Origin: Bdellovibrionales bacterium
Lineage (GTDB): Bacteria > Bdellovibrionota > Bdellovibrionia > Bdellovibrionales > JAGQZY01
Direction of reading: 5' to 3'
DNA: 61,337 nucleotides
NCBI GenBank assembly: GCA_031426555.1
Contig: JANPLN010000040.1
Location: forward strand, 1-61,337
The notes below the pieces were generated by a model that did no database searches, was not told the DNA's origin, and saw only the letters and a program-made list of their open reading frames with translations. Shown here in pieces: positions 10,025 to 20,184 of this stretch (position 1 is its first letter; each line of letters starts with the position of its first letter). The translations under genes and the position numbers were made by a program.

Positions 10025-11704
10025 TTGGATGTGATCAAGAAAAAGTCCGCCCATACATTGTTACCAAGAAGCATGAACCCGGCATCGGTTTTAGATCGCA
10101 TGTCCGCTCAGCTCATTGATTTATGTGTTCTCTTTTTATTTTCCTTCGGAATTTCTATGGTGTTCGGCGCCTTCGGAGCTGCCATCTCTGGCGTCTGCAG
10201 TGTGCTTTACTTTTGGCTCTGCCATCAATTCGGTGGGCAGACGGTGGGCAAAAAACTCATTGGCTTAAGAGTCATCAGCGTGCATTCACAGTCACTCAAT
10301 ATTTTTCGCGTCCTTTTGCGCGAAACCTTGGGGCGAGCGTTCTGCTTAGGCACCGCTTTTCTAGGCTACTTTGGAATTTTGATTCGCAAGGATGGACGTG
10401 GCCTCCACGATCTTCTTGCGGGCAGTATTGTTATTTCAGAAAAAAGATATCAAACTTCTGCAGCGCGCTTTGCTGGAATTTTAGTGGCAGTTTTCCTCGC
10501 CGTTGGATTTTCAGGTTACTATTTGTTGTTCCGCACTCCGGTTCTCGCCACCGTAGCAATGCATGTGCTCAACGGTCAGGGCCTCGGTTTGGGCTCTCTC
10601 ACGGGAAACATTGAAAAAGGTTGGAAAATTGATACTTTTTATGGAAGTAATCCCTACTTTTCCTTTATCCTGAAGGGAATCCATATTAAGCACGACAAAG
10701 CTGGGCTCTTGAATCGAGGAGTGTGGCACCTCAACGAAATTTCTGTTGATGAAATTAAATTGCGCCTGACTCCCCAAATGCTTAGCTTTAACTACTTCGA
10801 AAAAGGTCTGGTATCCAATCGAGTTCAACTTCCCCTAAACCTTAGCTATGGTTTTTTGAGTCTTAAGGCAGCCATTGACGTGGTGAAGGCCAAAAAAGTA
10901 GTGATTCTCGAAGACAAAAAAATGAATCTCGTTTTTACGGATGTGGACGTTAATAAGATCACCTATCAGGCGAACACCATTAACATCGAAGATTTAAAAA
11001 GCGGTAAAACTTCGGTGAATAAAATCGAGGTTTCGCAATTTATTTATAATTTGGCCGAGCAAAAACTTTTACTCAAAGCAAAACTTTTTGCAAAAAAAGA
11101 GGCCTACCCGGTTCTAAAAAAAGATTTGCAGGCTTCATTCAGCTGGAGCGGCACCTTGCAAAAACCAGAGCGCTTCCGCTTTGTAACCTTTGAAGAGCGC
11201 TTGTCTGTGGATTTTTTTAGAAATGATTTGTTGATGACACTGCACGGATTCACTCCGGCTCATTATTTTTATGCGTCGACAGTTTTCAAAAATATCACCA
11301 CGAAATTAAGAAACAGCAATTGTATGAAGGTCAACTGCCTGCAGTCGCTGCAAGGAAGCGGGTCTTTTTATCTGAGTCAGCAAAAAATTAATTTCAAAAA
11401 TAATTCGGCCTCGTTTGTGGGTTTAAACGAAGAAGTATTGCCGTTCAATTACAACGACGTGGTCAAAGCTCTATTTACGCCAAAGCCCATTTTAAGTATT
11501 GTATCTGAGGAGTCGTTGTCTAACTTTGTGAGTCAGCTCTACTACAAAAAACCCATGGATCAATTGCAACCGCAGGAACAAGCTGTGGTGACCCGCGATC
11601 AAGTTTATTACAAAATACTTCGTGAGCGATTCGATCCAAATCGCCCCAAGCATATCGATACTTTCTTATTGCGCAGTCCCTCAGAGCTCTCCGAAGTCAA
11701 ATAG
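10025..11704 (+). CDS. RDD-family membrane protein with long C-terminal extracytoplasmic domain
   Basis: R..A.LID, GQTVGKKLIGLRV, RGLHDLLAGS motifs followed by a TM helix and a beta-rich domain; start codon uncertain (10025/10031/10073). Confidence 0.8.
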   Translation: MDVIKKKSAHTLLPRSMNPASVLDRMSAQLIDLCVLFLFSFGISMVFGAFGAAISGVCSVLYFWLCHQFGGQTVGKKLIGLRVISVHSQSLNIFRVLLRETLGRAFCLGTAFLGYFGILIRKDGRGLHDLLAGSIVISEKRYQTSAARFAGILVAVFLAVGFSGYYLLFRTPVLATVAMHVLNGQGLGLGSLTGNIEKGWKIDTFYGSNPYFSFILKGIHIKHDKAGLLNRGVWHLNEISVDEIKLRLTPQMLSFNYFEKGLVSNRVQLPLNLSYGFLSLKAAIDVVKAKKVVILEDKKMNLVFTDVDVNKITYQANTINIEDLKSGKTSVNKIEVSQFIYNLAEQKLLLKAKLFAKKEAYPVLKKDLQASFSWSGTLQKPERFRFVTFEERLSVDFFRNDLLMTLHGFTPAHYFYASTVFKNITTKLRNSNCMKVNCLQSLQGSGSFYLSQQKINFKNNSASFVGLNEEVLPFNYNDVVKALFTPKPILSIVSEESLSNFVSQLYYKKPMDQLQPQEQAVVTRDQVYYKILRERFDPNRPKHIDTFLLRSPSELSEVK

Positions 11705-11708
11705 CAGA

Positions 11709-12077
11709 TTAAATCGGTTTAAAAACGACCGCGTAGACTGCCACTCCTAAAATCACCACCAAGCCCGACATGGCCAGTTTTCGTGGTAAGACGTGCTTGT
11801 AAAGCAGCACTGGATAAATTCCCAGTAACAACCAGCAAACCATTTTAATATAAAGCCACTTCGAGCCCGAAAAACTAAAGCCACCTTTTGTAATCAAGCC
11901 AAAGCCTGCAACAAAAGCGACTAACAGGGCCACACCGTGGGCCATGGACAAACCTTTTTTGCACTTGATGTCACCTTTGTTGGCACCATTAAAAACTTGA
12001 AAACTGGTGATCGCCAAGCTCGTTGCCACAACAAGAATAGCAACGATATGTAAAAACGAATAAAAACTGTAGCTCAT
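11709..12077 (-). CDS. SirB2-like small membrane protein
   Basis: Four hydrophobic helices, Y..LH, HG, WLYIK and C-terminal KP; GGAGG RBS before ATG 12077. Confidence 0.7.
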   Translation of the reverse strand: MSYSFYSFLHIVAILVVATSLAITSFQVFNGANKGDIKCKKGLSMAHGVALLVAFVAGFGLITKGGFSFSGSKWLYIKMVCWLLLGIYPVLLYKHVLPRKLAMSGLVVILGVAVYAVVFKPI

Positions 12078-12149
12078 AATTCCTCCATTAATGCCGTCAC
12101 TATACACAATGTGCATGGACAGGTCGATATAAACTGCTATCATTCTCTA

Positions 12150-12620
12150 ATGACTCATCTCGAAATGTGGGAACTTGCAAGTTATGTTGTGACCGTGGTC
12201 GGTTTGCCGTTTGCCATCGTCGTGTTTATGCTCGAGCAAAAAAAAGAACGGATGAACGAAGACGAGGAAATCTATCAACGACTCTCCGACGAGTACGCTG
12301 ATTTTTTGACAATTCTTTTAAAGAACGCTGATCTTAAGTTGATGTCAAAAGACTCTGATACAATGGCGCTCACCGAAGAACAAGCTGAGCGCAAGCGCAT
12401 TATTTTCGACATGTTGATTTCGCTTTTTGAACGCGCCTTTATTTTGGTGTACGAAGAAAATATGTCCTTGCAAACCAAGCGTCTGTGGTCGAGCTGGGAT
12501 GATTACATTCATTATTGGTGCAAGCGAAAAGACTTTCGCGATTCTCTGCAAAACCTCCTCTTGGGAGAAGATCCAGATTTCGAAAATTACATGCGCAAAG
12601 TCGTCACCCAGTATGGCTGA
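12150..12620 (+). CDS. Conserved hypothetical protein with single N-terminal TM helix
   Basis: WELASYVVTVVGLPFAI helix then helical soluble domain. Confidence 0.75.
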   Translation: MTHLEMWELASYVVTVVGLPFAIVVFMLEQKKERMNEDEEIYQRLSDEYADFLTILLKNADLKLMSKDSDTMALTEEQAERKRIIFDMLISLFERAFILVYEENMSLQTKRLWSSWDDYIHYWCKRKDFRDSLQNLLLGEDPDFENYMRKVVTQYG

Positions 12621-12626
12621 CGGCCG

Positions 12627-13667
12627 TTAAGGTTTCATCAGGCTTTCAATTTGTTTTCGCAGTTCATGGAGTTTGACCATGGCAGCCTTTGTTCTTAGGA
12701 AGTCGCGCAGCGGCTGCAGCGGGTAGCCTCCGTACTGCCCCGATTGGTCAATGTTCTTTGTCACAGCCGACATGCCCGAGATATGCACGTTGTCTGTGAT
12801 TGAAACGTGTCCCGTGACCGATGCTTTTCCACCACTAATAAAGTGATTGCCGATTTTCGATGAGCCCGCCATGCCAAATTGAGCGGTAATTAAACAGTTT
12901 TTGCCAATGATAGAGTTGTGGGCCAAGTGGCACTGGTTGTCGATCCGAGTTCCCTGGCCGATGACCGTGTCTTCGATGGTCCCTCGATCGATGGTGCACG
13001 AGGCGCCAATGTGCACGTCATCGTGCAAAACCACACGGCCCGAATGGGGAATTCGATGGTGTTGACCCTTTTCGTCGTGGGCGTAACCAAAGCCCTCGCT
13101 GCCAATTGTCGACTGAGGCATAATTTCGCAATTGTTGCCCACCACGCAACTATGCCCCAAATAAACCAAGGGATGGATCGTCGTATCGGAACCGATCCTT
13201 GCATTGCGTTCGATAACGGCGTTGGCGCCAATGTAGCTGCGAGGGCCGATCTCCACACCGGCCGAGATCACGGCACCGGGACCCACCTCCACGGATTCAT
13301 CCAAACGGGCCGAAGAATCAATCTGTGCCGACGGGTGAATGGCTTGCAAAACTTGCGGCCGGAAGGGCGTTTCGAGAAAAAATTCATTCTTTATAAAGCG
13401 CATGGCAAGCTCTGGTTGAGAGCTCAGTAGCCAGGTCTTTTCGATGGAAAGAGTCTCTTTTTTAAAGCTTGCGGGTACCAGAATCACCGACGCCGCCGAC
13501 GCAAGAACTGTAGGAAGGTGTTTTTCGTGAGTAATAAAAACCAAAGACTGCGGTTCGATATTCTCAACGGCCGAGATCAGCCGGAACTGGGCGTGATGAG
13601 GGCCGTGAATCTCGCGAATGTATTGCGGGAACGTTTTGAGAATTTTTTCAGCAGATATTGTGTTCAT
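12627..13667 (-). CDS. lpxD: UDP-3-O-(3-hydroxyacyl)glucosamine N-acyltransferase
   Basis: Hexapeptide repeats, GSEGFGY, IDRGT, IDNQCHLAHN; start set at MNTIS. Confidence 0.93.
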   Translation of the reverse strand: MNTISAEKILKTFPQYIREIHGPHHAQFRLISAVENIEPQSLVFITHEKHLPTVLASAASVILVPASFKKETLSIEKTWLLSSQPELAMRFIKNEFFLETPFRPQVLQAIHPSAQIDSSARLDESVEVGPGAVISAGVEIGPRSYIGANAVIERNARIGSDTTIHPLVYLGHSCVVGNNCEIMPQSTIGSEGFGYAHDEKGQHHRIPHSGRVVLHDDVHIGASCTIDRGTIEDTVIGQGTRIDNQCHLAHNSIIGKNCLITAQFGMAGSSKIGNHFISGGKASVTGHVSITDNVHISGMSAVTKNIDQSGQYGGYPLQPLRDFLRTKAAMVKLHELRKQIESLMKP

Positions 13668-13828
13668 AGGGGAATAATAAACCACATCTCGTTGGGTTCT
13701 GTCTAACAGAACAGGATATGCTAAAAACTGCGGTATTTGCCGCATTGCTTAATCCCGCAAAGGCTCGGAAATCCTTGACTCTCATGGATACAAACTGAAA
13801 ATGGGGCATCTCAAACGGAGTCAAGACT

Positions 13829-16306
13829 ATGCTTAAAACCCTGGAAGCGTACTTAAAAATGAAAATGCCGCAAGTGGCGTGGAAATCGGCAAAAGCTGTT
13901 TTGGAACTCAAGACAGAGGGCGCCACCATCCCGTTTATCGCCCGCTACCGCAAAGAGCGAACAGGAAATTTAGACGAAGTGCAAGTGCGCGACGTGATTG
14001 ATTTTGAAACTGAGTACAGCGAAATTTTACAGCGCAAGGAATTTGTACTCAAAGAGGTTTCCGAACAAGGAAATTTAACGGATGATTTAAAAAGTCGCAT
14101 TGAGAGCTCGTGGACCATGGCTGAGATCGAAGAGCTTTATCGTCCCTACAAAAAGAAAAAGAAAACCAAGGCCACGTTGGCGCGCGAGGCAGGGCTTGAG
14201 CCTCTGGCGGATTGGATTTGGAATTTAGGTCATGGGGAGAGCCATAACGGAGTGACCCTCGAAGTAAAAGCGAAAGAATTTATCAACGCCGTAAAACTCT
14301 TCGCCACCTACGAGGAAGTTCTCAGAGGCGCCACCAATATTATTATTGAAAAAGTGTCAAACAATCCGCAATTGCGCGATCGTGTTCGCGCCGAGTTTGC
14401 TGACAAAGGCAAAATTGTGTCGAAGCCCGGTAAAAAAGTAAAGGCACACTCAAAGTTTTCCATGTATTTTGATTTTAACGAATCCATTTCTTCGTTGCGC
14501 CTCAAAAAGAACTCTCACCGCTACTTGGCGATGCGTCGTGGGTGGAGCGAGGACGAGCTCGCCGTGTCCATGATGGCCGACGAGGAAGCTCTCCTCGGTG
14601 AATTCCAAAAGGTTGCCTGCACAAATCGCGACTCCATCGCCCGTGGTTTTCTGGACCTGGCGGCAAAAACCGCGCTCACAGTGCATGTGATTCCTTCCAT
14701 TACTAACGAATTGCACGGCGAGCTTAAAGACTCCGCCGATCTCCATGCCATCGAAGTGTTCGCGAGCAATGTAAAAAAAGTTCTTTTGGGCAGTCCCTAT
14801 GGCTCGCGCTGCGTGTTGGGCGTGGATCCCGGTGTTCGAACGGGTTGTAAACTGGCGTTGATCGATAAAAAAGGGCATTTTATTTCCCATACGGTTTTGC
14901 ACATTCAAGGTGAGGATGCGCAAGAAAAGGCGAAAAAACTTTTTGCCGAAGTGATCAAACAAATTCAAATCGAAGCCATCGCGGTTGGCAATGGAACCGG
15001 CGGCCGCGAGGCAGAAGTTTTTTTGAGAAAAGTTCTCATAGAGCTAGGCAGTGAAATCCCAGTGATTTTGGTGAGCGAGGCCGGAGCCAGTATTTATTCG
15101 GCTTCCGAAGTGGCGCGAGAAGAGTTTCCAGATTTGGATCTTACCATTCGCGGCGCCATTTCCATTGCTCGACGTTTGCAAGATCCTCTGGCGGAGCTTG
15201 TTAAGCTGGAGCCCAAGAGCATTGGTGTGGGGCAGTACCAGCATGATGTGTCTCAGCCGACGTTGAAGAAAAAATTGGATGAAGTGGTGGAGTCTTGCGT
15301 GAACAACGTGGGCGTGGATGTAAACACCGCTTCGGAAAAACTTTTGCAATATGTTTCGGGGATTGGACCTGCCACGGCAAAAAATATCGTGAAGTTTCGC
15401 CAAGAAAAGGGTTTGTTTAAGCGTCGCGACGATTTAAACAAAGTTCCGCAGTTCAGTTCGAAGGTTTTTGAACAAGCCGCAGGCTTTTTGCGCATCCGCG
15501 ATGGCGAAGTGAACTTGGATTCAACCGGCGTGCATCCGGAGCGTTACACGGCAGTGAAAGACATGGCCACCGAGCTCGGCGCTTCGGTAAGCGAACTCAT
15601 GGGCACCGGTGCCGAAAAAATTCTCGCCCTCCGCACAAAATGGATTGGCCTGATTGGCGAATTTACCTTTCAAGATATTTACGAAGAGCTCAAGCGACCG
15701 GGGCGTGATCCGCGCTCGGACTTTCAGGTTTTTCAGTTTCGCGATGATATTTTTGAACTCAAAGATGTGAAAGAGGGAATGATCTGTAACGGGATCGTGA
15801 CCAACGTCACTAATTTTGGTGCCTTTGTCGATATCGGCGTTCACCAAGATGGGCTTGTGCATATCTCCGAGCTTTCAGATTCTTTTGTGAACGATGCCCA
15901 AAAAGTTGTAAGTCCTGGCGATAAAGTGACCGTTAAAATCAAAGCTGTGGACGTGGAAAAAAAGCAAATGTCGCTCACCATGAAAATGGGCGAACAGGTT
16001 GAACGCGCACCACGCCCTCCGCGCGAAGAGCGCAGTGAGCGTCCGCGAACTCCGCGCCAAGATGGCGATCGTCCTCGCCGCGATGGCGGAGATCGCCCTC
16101 GTCGTGATGGACCGCCCAGAGAGCGAAATGCAAGTGAGCGCAAAGGTGGACCCGCAGGGGATCGTCGTCCGCGAGAGGATCGACCTCGTGGCGATGGCCC
16201 TCGGCATGACAACCGCCCACCACAGGGTGGAGGGGATCGCCAACAACGTCGGCCATCATCGCCGTTCAACAATCCGTTTGCGGCGCTACAGAATATCAAA
16301 AAGTAA
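13829..16306 (+). CDS. tex: Tex family RNA-binding transcriptional accessory protein
   Basis: GATIPFIARYRKE, YqgF domain GVDPG.RTG, HhH, C-terminal S1 (NVTNFGAFVDIG); R/G/D/P-rich tail. Confidence 0.95.
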   Translation: MLKTLEAYLKMKMPQVAWKSAKAVLELKTEGATIPFIARYRKERTGNLDEVQVRDVIDFETEYSEILQRKEFVLKEVSEQGNLTDDLKSRIESSWTMAEIEELYRPYKKKKKTKATLAREAGLEPLADWIWNLGHGESHNGVTLEVKAKEFINAVKLFATYEEVLRGATNIIIEKVSNNPQLRDRVRAEFADKGKIVSKPGKKVKAHSKFSMYFDFNESISSLRLKKNSHRYLAMRRGWSEDELAVSMMADEEALLGEFQKVACTNRDSIARGFLDLAAKTALTVHVIPSITNELHGELKDSADLHAIEVFASNVKKVLLGSPYGSRCVLGVDPGVRTGCKLALIDKKGHFISHTVLHIQGEDAQEKAKKLFAEVIKQIQIEAIAVGNGTGGREAEVFLRKVLIELGSEIPVILVSEAGASIYSASEVAREEFPDLDLTIRGAISIARRLQDPLAELVKLEPKSIGVGQYQHDVSQPTLKKKLDEVVESCVNNVGVDVNTASEKLLQYVSGIGPATAKNIVKFRQEKGLFKRRDDLNKVPQFSSKVFEQAAGFLRIRDGEVNLDSTGVHPERYTAVKDMATELGASVSELMGTGAEKILALRTKWIGLIGEFTFQDIYEELKRPGRDPRSDFQVFQFRDDIFELKDVKEGMICNGIVTNVTNFGAFVDIGVHQDGLVHISELSDSFVNDAQKVVSPGDKVTVKIKAVDVEKKQMSLTMKMGEQVERAPRPPREERSERPRTPRQDGDRPRRDGGDRPRRDGPPRERNASERKGGPAGDRRPREDRPRGDGPRHDNRPPQGGGDRQQRRPSSPFNNPFAALQNIKK

Positions 16307-16316
16307 TCTTAACAGA

Positions 16317-17087
16317 TTACTTTAATAAATAATCCACGAGCTCCACAAAACCATGGCCGCTTTTCTGCGAGCAAATAAATTTTGGTAAATTCTTTATTTG
16401 ATTTTTAAAGTCCATCACATTGGCCACTCCCACGGAGTTGGCAAAGTGAGCAAACATCGGTTCGTCGTTGGGCGAATCGCCGACAAACAGACACGCAGTC
16501 TCCGAAACCGAGCTGTCTTCGTTTTGCAAATAGGATTTACACATCGATAGCTTGTCGTGTTTGCCAAACCAGCCATTCACATGAATCGAGCTCACTTTGG
16601 CCGTGGCACCGTGTTTTTCAAAAACGTCGACGATTTTTTGTACTTCACTTTGAGGAAGAGGTTTCACATCTTCGCAAAAATCAATGGCAAGGTCGAACAA
16701 ACGCGAAAACTGATCTGCCGAAACTGCTGCCGCGGGAACGGTGTTTAAGATTTCAAACTCAATGGCTTTTAACTGTTGCTGGTACTGCAGTCGTTGTTCG
16801 TCATCAAAAGCCCACACCCGGGACATTTTTTTTAAACTTTCGTCATAACGAAAATAAAACGCGCCATTCTCGCCGATCACAGCGTCCACTGGCCAAAAGC
16901 GCGCGATCATATCGCACCAGCCCGCGGGGCGACCGGTCACCGGAACTACCGAGAAGCCTCGGTCTTTCAATCGCCAAAGGGCCTGAAAACTGTCAGCCAA
17001 CAGCTTTCCGTCCGTGGTGAGGGTGTCGTCTATGTCGCAAAAAATATATTTGATTTTATTAGCATCGAGATGTTTGAGCGGTTGCAT
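16317..17087 (-). CDS. HAD-IIB family hydrolase
   Basis: DIDDTL, VTGR, K, GDSPND motifs; start set at MQPLK. Confidence 0.9.
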   Translation of the reverse strand: MQPLKHLDANKIKYIFCDIDDTLTTDGKLLADSFQALWRLKDRGFSVVPVTGRPAGWCDMIARFWPVDAVIGENGAFYFRYDESLKKMSRVWAFDDEQRLQYQQQLKAIEFEILNTVPAAAVSADQFSRLFDLAIDFCEDVKPLPQSEVQKIVDVFEKHGATAKVSSIHVNGWFGKHDKLSMCKSYLQNEDSSVSETACLFVGDSPNDEPMFAHFANSVGVANVMDFKNQIKNLPKFICSQKSGHGFVELVDYLLK

Positions 17088-17278
17088 GCGATCAGAGTAC
17101 GCTTGATGAATGCGTCCGGCAATGAATAAGGCAATGGTTATTTTTTGTGCATAAAAACCGTTTGATGCCACGTTTCAGACATTCCCCTTGATCGGGCTGA
17201 AAATAAGCCTCATTGTCGAAATGATGTCATATCTATTAATTAGTGTGTTCTGCACTAAATATACTGGAGTTGTTAGCC

Positions 17279-20059
17279 ATGGCTGCGGATGAAAAAATAC
17301 TGGTAATCGTTGAGTCTCCCACAAAAGCGAAGACAATCAAAAAATTTCTCGGCCCCAATTACATTGTTGAATCGTGCATGGGTCACGTCCGCGACCTCCC
17401 GCAATCCGCAAAAGACATTCCCGAAAAATATAAAAAAGAAAAATGGTCCCACCTCGGCGTGAATGTGGACAAGCAGTTTGAGCCCATCTACTGCGTGCCG
17501 CGCGACAAAACGAAAATTGTGAAAAATCTAAAAGACAAAATGGCGGGAGTGAGTGAAGTGCTCCTCGCAACCGATGAAGATCGTGAAGGGGAAAGCATTA
17601 GCTGGCATTTGCTTGAGCTTTTAAAACCCAAGGTTCCGGTAAAGCGCATGGTGTTTCACGAGATCACCAAAAAAGCCATCCAAGAGGCGATTACAAACTT
17701 TCGCAAGATCGACGACAACCTGGTGCGTGCGCAAGAGGCGCGACGAATTTTGGATCGTTTGGTGGGCTACACGATCTCGCCGCTAATCTGGAAAAAAGTC
17801 GCCTACGGTTTATCGGCGGGCCGGGTGCAGTCGGTGGCTGTGCGCATGATCGTGGAGCGCGAGCTCGCTCGCATGCGTTTTAAGAAAGCTAAATACTTCG
17901 GTGTTTACGCGCAAAACGCAAAATCAGGTACAGGCTTTGAGAGCCGTTTGTATTCCTTTAAAAACAAGCGCATCGTGACCGGGAAGGATTTTGATCCCGA
18001 CACGGGAAAAATTCTCGATGGAAAAGATGTTGTATTGATCGATGAGGCCAAGTCCAAAGATGTTATGCAAAACATAAAGGACCAAAGCTGGAAAGTAACA
18101 AGCGTCGAAGAAAAACCGGTTTTGCGCCGACCCGCGCCGCCGTTTATTACCTCCACACTTCAGCAAGAAGCCAACCGTAAGTTAAACCTCGGAGCCAAAG
18201 AGGCCATGCGTGTGGCGCAAAAGTTGTACGAAGAAGGTTTCATCACTTACATGCGCACGGACTCTACCTTTTTGTCGGAACAGGCTTTGTTAGCCAGTCG
18301 CGAAAAGATCGAAACACTTTACGGTAAAAACTATTTGCCACCGCAAGCACGAAGCTATCAGGGCAAAAAAGTAAAGGGTGCCCAAGAAGCCCACGAAGCC
18401 ATCCGCCCTGCAGGAACCGACATGCTCACTCCCGAGGAGACACGCCTCAAGGGTGTGCAACTGGATCTCTATGAGCTGATTTGGAAGCGCACAGTGGCCA
18501 GCCAAATGAAGGACGCGAGCCTTTTGCAAGTGGGTGTAAAAATCAACGTTGGGGATTGCATCTTTAATGCCTCAGGGCAGGTGATTGAGTTTCCGGGATT
18601 TTTAAAAGTGTATTCCGAAAACACGGATGAAGAAGAAAACACCGACGAAGAAACTAAACTTCCAGCGTTAAAAGTTGGCGATGTGGTGGATTTAAAATCG
18701 GTACAACCAAAAGAGCACGAAACCAAACCGCCATCGCGCTTTACCGAAGCTTCGCTGGTGCAGACCATGGAAAAAGAAGGCATTGGCCGTCCGTCGACCT
18801 ACGCAGCCGTCATCGGTACGATCATGGATCGCGGTTATGTGCATAAACTCGGTGGTGCATTAGTGCCAACGTTCACAGCCATGATTGTTTCAAAATTATT
18901 AAGCGATCATTTGCCCACTTATGTGGATTTGGGTTTTACTTCCGAGATGGAAAAATCTCTGGATGACATCGCCACCGGCGATTTGGATTCGCTGAAATAT
19001 TTAGACTCTATTTATTTTGGTGCCCAAGGTTTAATGGAGCAGGTCAAAAAACAAGAAAAGAAAATTGATCCTGAAACCTCGCGCGAAATTAGGTTTGATG
19101 GACTGAAAGGCTTGAGCTTTCGCGTGGGTCGTTACGGCGCCTATGTGTGCCGCACCCAAGACGGCGCCGAACAGTGCGCGTCTTTGCAGGATAGCATGGC
19201 TCCGGCTGACGTCACGGTGGACGACGCAAACAAACTCATCGAGCAAAAAATTTCGGGGGCCGATGCGCTCGGAAAGCACCCAGACACGGGTTTGCCAATT
19301 TACGTTCTCACCGGTCGTTATGGACCCTATGTTCAAATGGGCGACGAAGAGCCCAAGCGCACTTCCATTCCCGCGGGTATGACGGTGGAAGATGTGGATA
19401 TGGAAAAGGCGTTATTTTTACTATCGCTTCCCAAAGACTTGGGTCCCCACACCACGCTCGAAAAACCAATTAAACTCGGCATCGGTCGATTTGGACCTTA
19501 CGTGGTGTGCGACGGCGATTTCCGTTCCATTCCAAAAACGCAAGCGCTCACCGAAGTGGATTTTGCTTTTGCTATGAATCTTCTCTCACAACCTAAAAAA
19601 GGTCGCGGTGCTGCGGCTCCGCTCAAAGAGTTCGGCGAGCATCCAGACAGCGGTGATAAAATTCAGCTCCTCAACGGCAAATACGGCCCGTATATCAAAT
19701 GCGGAAAAGTAAACGCGTCGGTGCCTGAGGACATGGAAGTGGACGCCGTGACTCGCGAAAAAGCCCTGGAGCTCATCGAAGCCCGCGGCGGAACCGAGAA
19801 AAAAGGCAAAGGCAAAAAAGCCAAGGCGGAGCCTAAGGTGAAAGCGGAGCCTAAACCAGCAATGGAGCCTAAAGCGAAGAAATCTGCGAAAACAGCGAAA
19901 ACATCTAACGACGAAGATGACGTTTCGCCAAAGCCACTGGCTAAAAATGCAAAGGCCACCAAAGCGACAAAATCAGCAAAAGCCTCGGTCCCCGCGAGTG
20001 TTGAAGAGCCCGTGGCCAAGGCCGCAGCAAAAAAAGTGATTTTGAAAAAGAAAAAGTAA
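17279..20059 (+). CDS. topA: DNA topoisomerase I
   Basis: IVESPTKAKTI, ATDEDREGE, SAGRVQS, ITYMRTDS; C-terminal GRYGPY repeats and Lys/Ala-rich tail. Confidence 0.97.
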   Translation: MAADEKILVIVESPTKAKTIKKFLGPNYIVESCMGHVRDLPQSAKDIPEKYKKEKWSHLGVNVDKQFEPIYCVPRDKTKIVKNLKDKMAGVSEVLLATDEDREGESISWHLLELLKPKVPVKRMVFHEITKKAIQEAITNFRKIDDNLVRAQEARRILDRLVGYTISPLIWKKVAYGLSAGRVQSVAVRMIVERELARMRFKKAKYFGVYAQNAKSGTGFESRLYSFKNKRIVTGKDFDPDTGKILDGKDVVLIDEAKSKDVMQNIKDQSWKVTSVEEKPVLRRPAPPFITSTLQQEANRKLNLGAKEAMRVAQKLYEEGFITYMRTDSTFLSEQALLASREKIETLYGKNYLPPQARSYQGKKVKGAQEAHEAIRPAGTDMLTPEETRLKGVQLDLYELIWKRTVASQMKDASLLQVGVKINVGDCIFNASGQVIEFPGFLKVYSENTDEEENTDEETKLPALKVGDVVDLKSVQPKEHETKPPSRFTEASLVQTMEKEGIGRPSTYAAVIGTIMDRGYVHKLGGALVPTFTAMIVSKLLSDHLPTYVDLGFTSEMEKSLDDIATGDLDSLKYLDSIYFGAQGLMEQVKKQEKKIDPETSREIRFDGLKGLSFRVGRYGAYVCRTQDGAEQCASLQDSMAPADVTVDDANKLIEQKISGADALGKHPDTGLPIYVLTGRYGPYVQMGDEEPKRTSIPAGMTVEDVDMEKALFLLSLPKDLGPHTTLEKPIKLGIGRFGPYVVCDGDFRSIPKTQALTEVDFAFAMNLLSQPKKGRGAAAPLKEFGEHPDSGDKIQLLNGKYGPYIKCGKVNASVPEDMEVDAVTREKALELIEARGGTEKKGKGKKAKAEPKVKAEPKPAMEPKAKKSAKTAKTSNDEDDVSPKPLAKNAKATKATKSAKASVPASVEEPVAKAAAKKVILKKKK

Positions 20060-20062
20060 TCT

Positions 20063-20088
20063 AACGTGCGCGCAGAAGCGCGCATGTT
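20063..20088 (+). terminator. Hairpin after topA
   Basis: AACGTGCGCGC-AGAA-GCGCGCATGTT, 11-bp stem with one G-U; no long U tract. Confidence 0.5.
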
Positions 20089-20153
20089 GAATAAAAACAC
20101 AACGTAAGTCCAAGTTAAAAATAACCTCTTGGTCTAACTTTATATTGTTATGC

Positions 20154-20168
20154 GATTGTGTCACAATC
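20154..20168. promoter_or_regulatory. Palindromic operator-like site
   Basis: GATTGTG-T-CACAATC immediately upstream of the RBS of ORF 20185. Confidence 0.45.
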
Positions 20169-20184
20169 CCTTTAGGGGGCACAC

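Noticed and set aside
16000..16260. GDRPRRD repeats and overlapping ORFs at the end of tex
   Set aside because: Ordinary disordered RNA-binding tail; alternative frames stay open because of high GC
19800..20056. AEPK 18-bp repeats and Lys-rich tail in topA
   Set aside because: Known type of basic C-terminal tail in zinc-ribbon-free TopA
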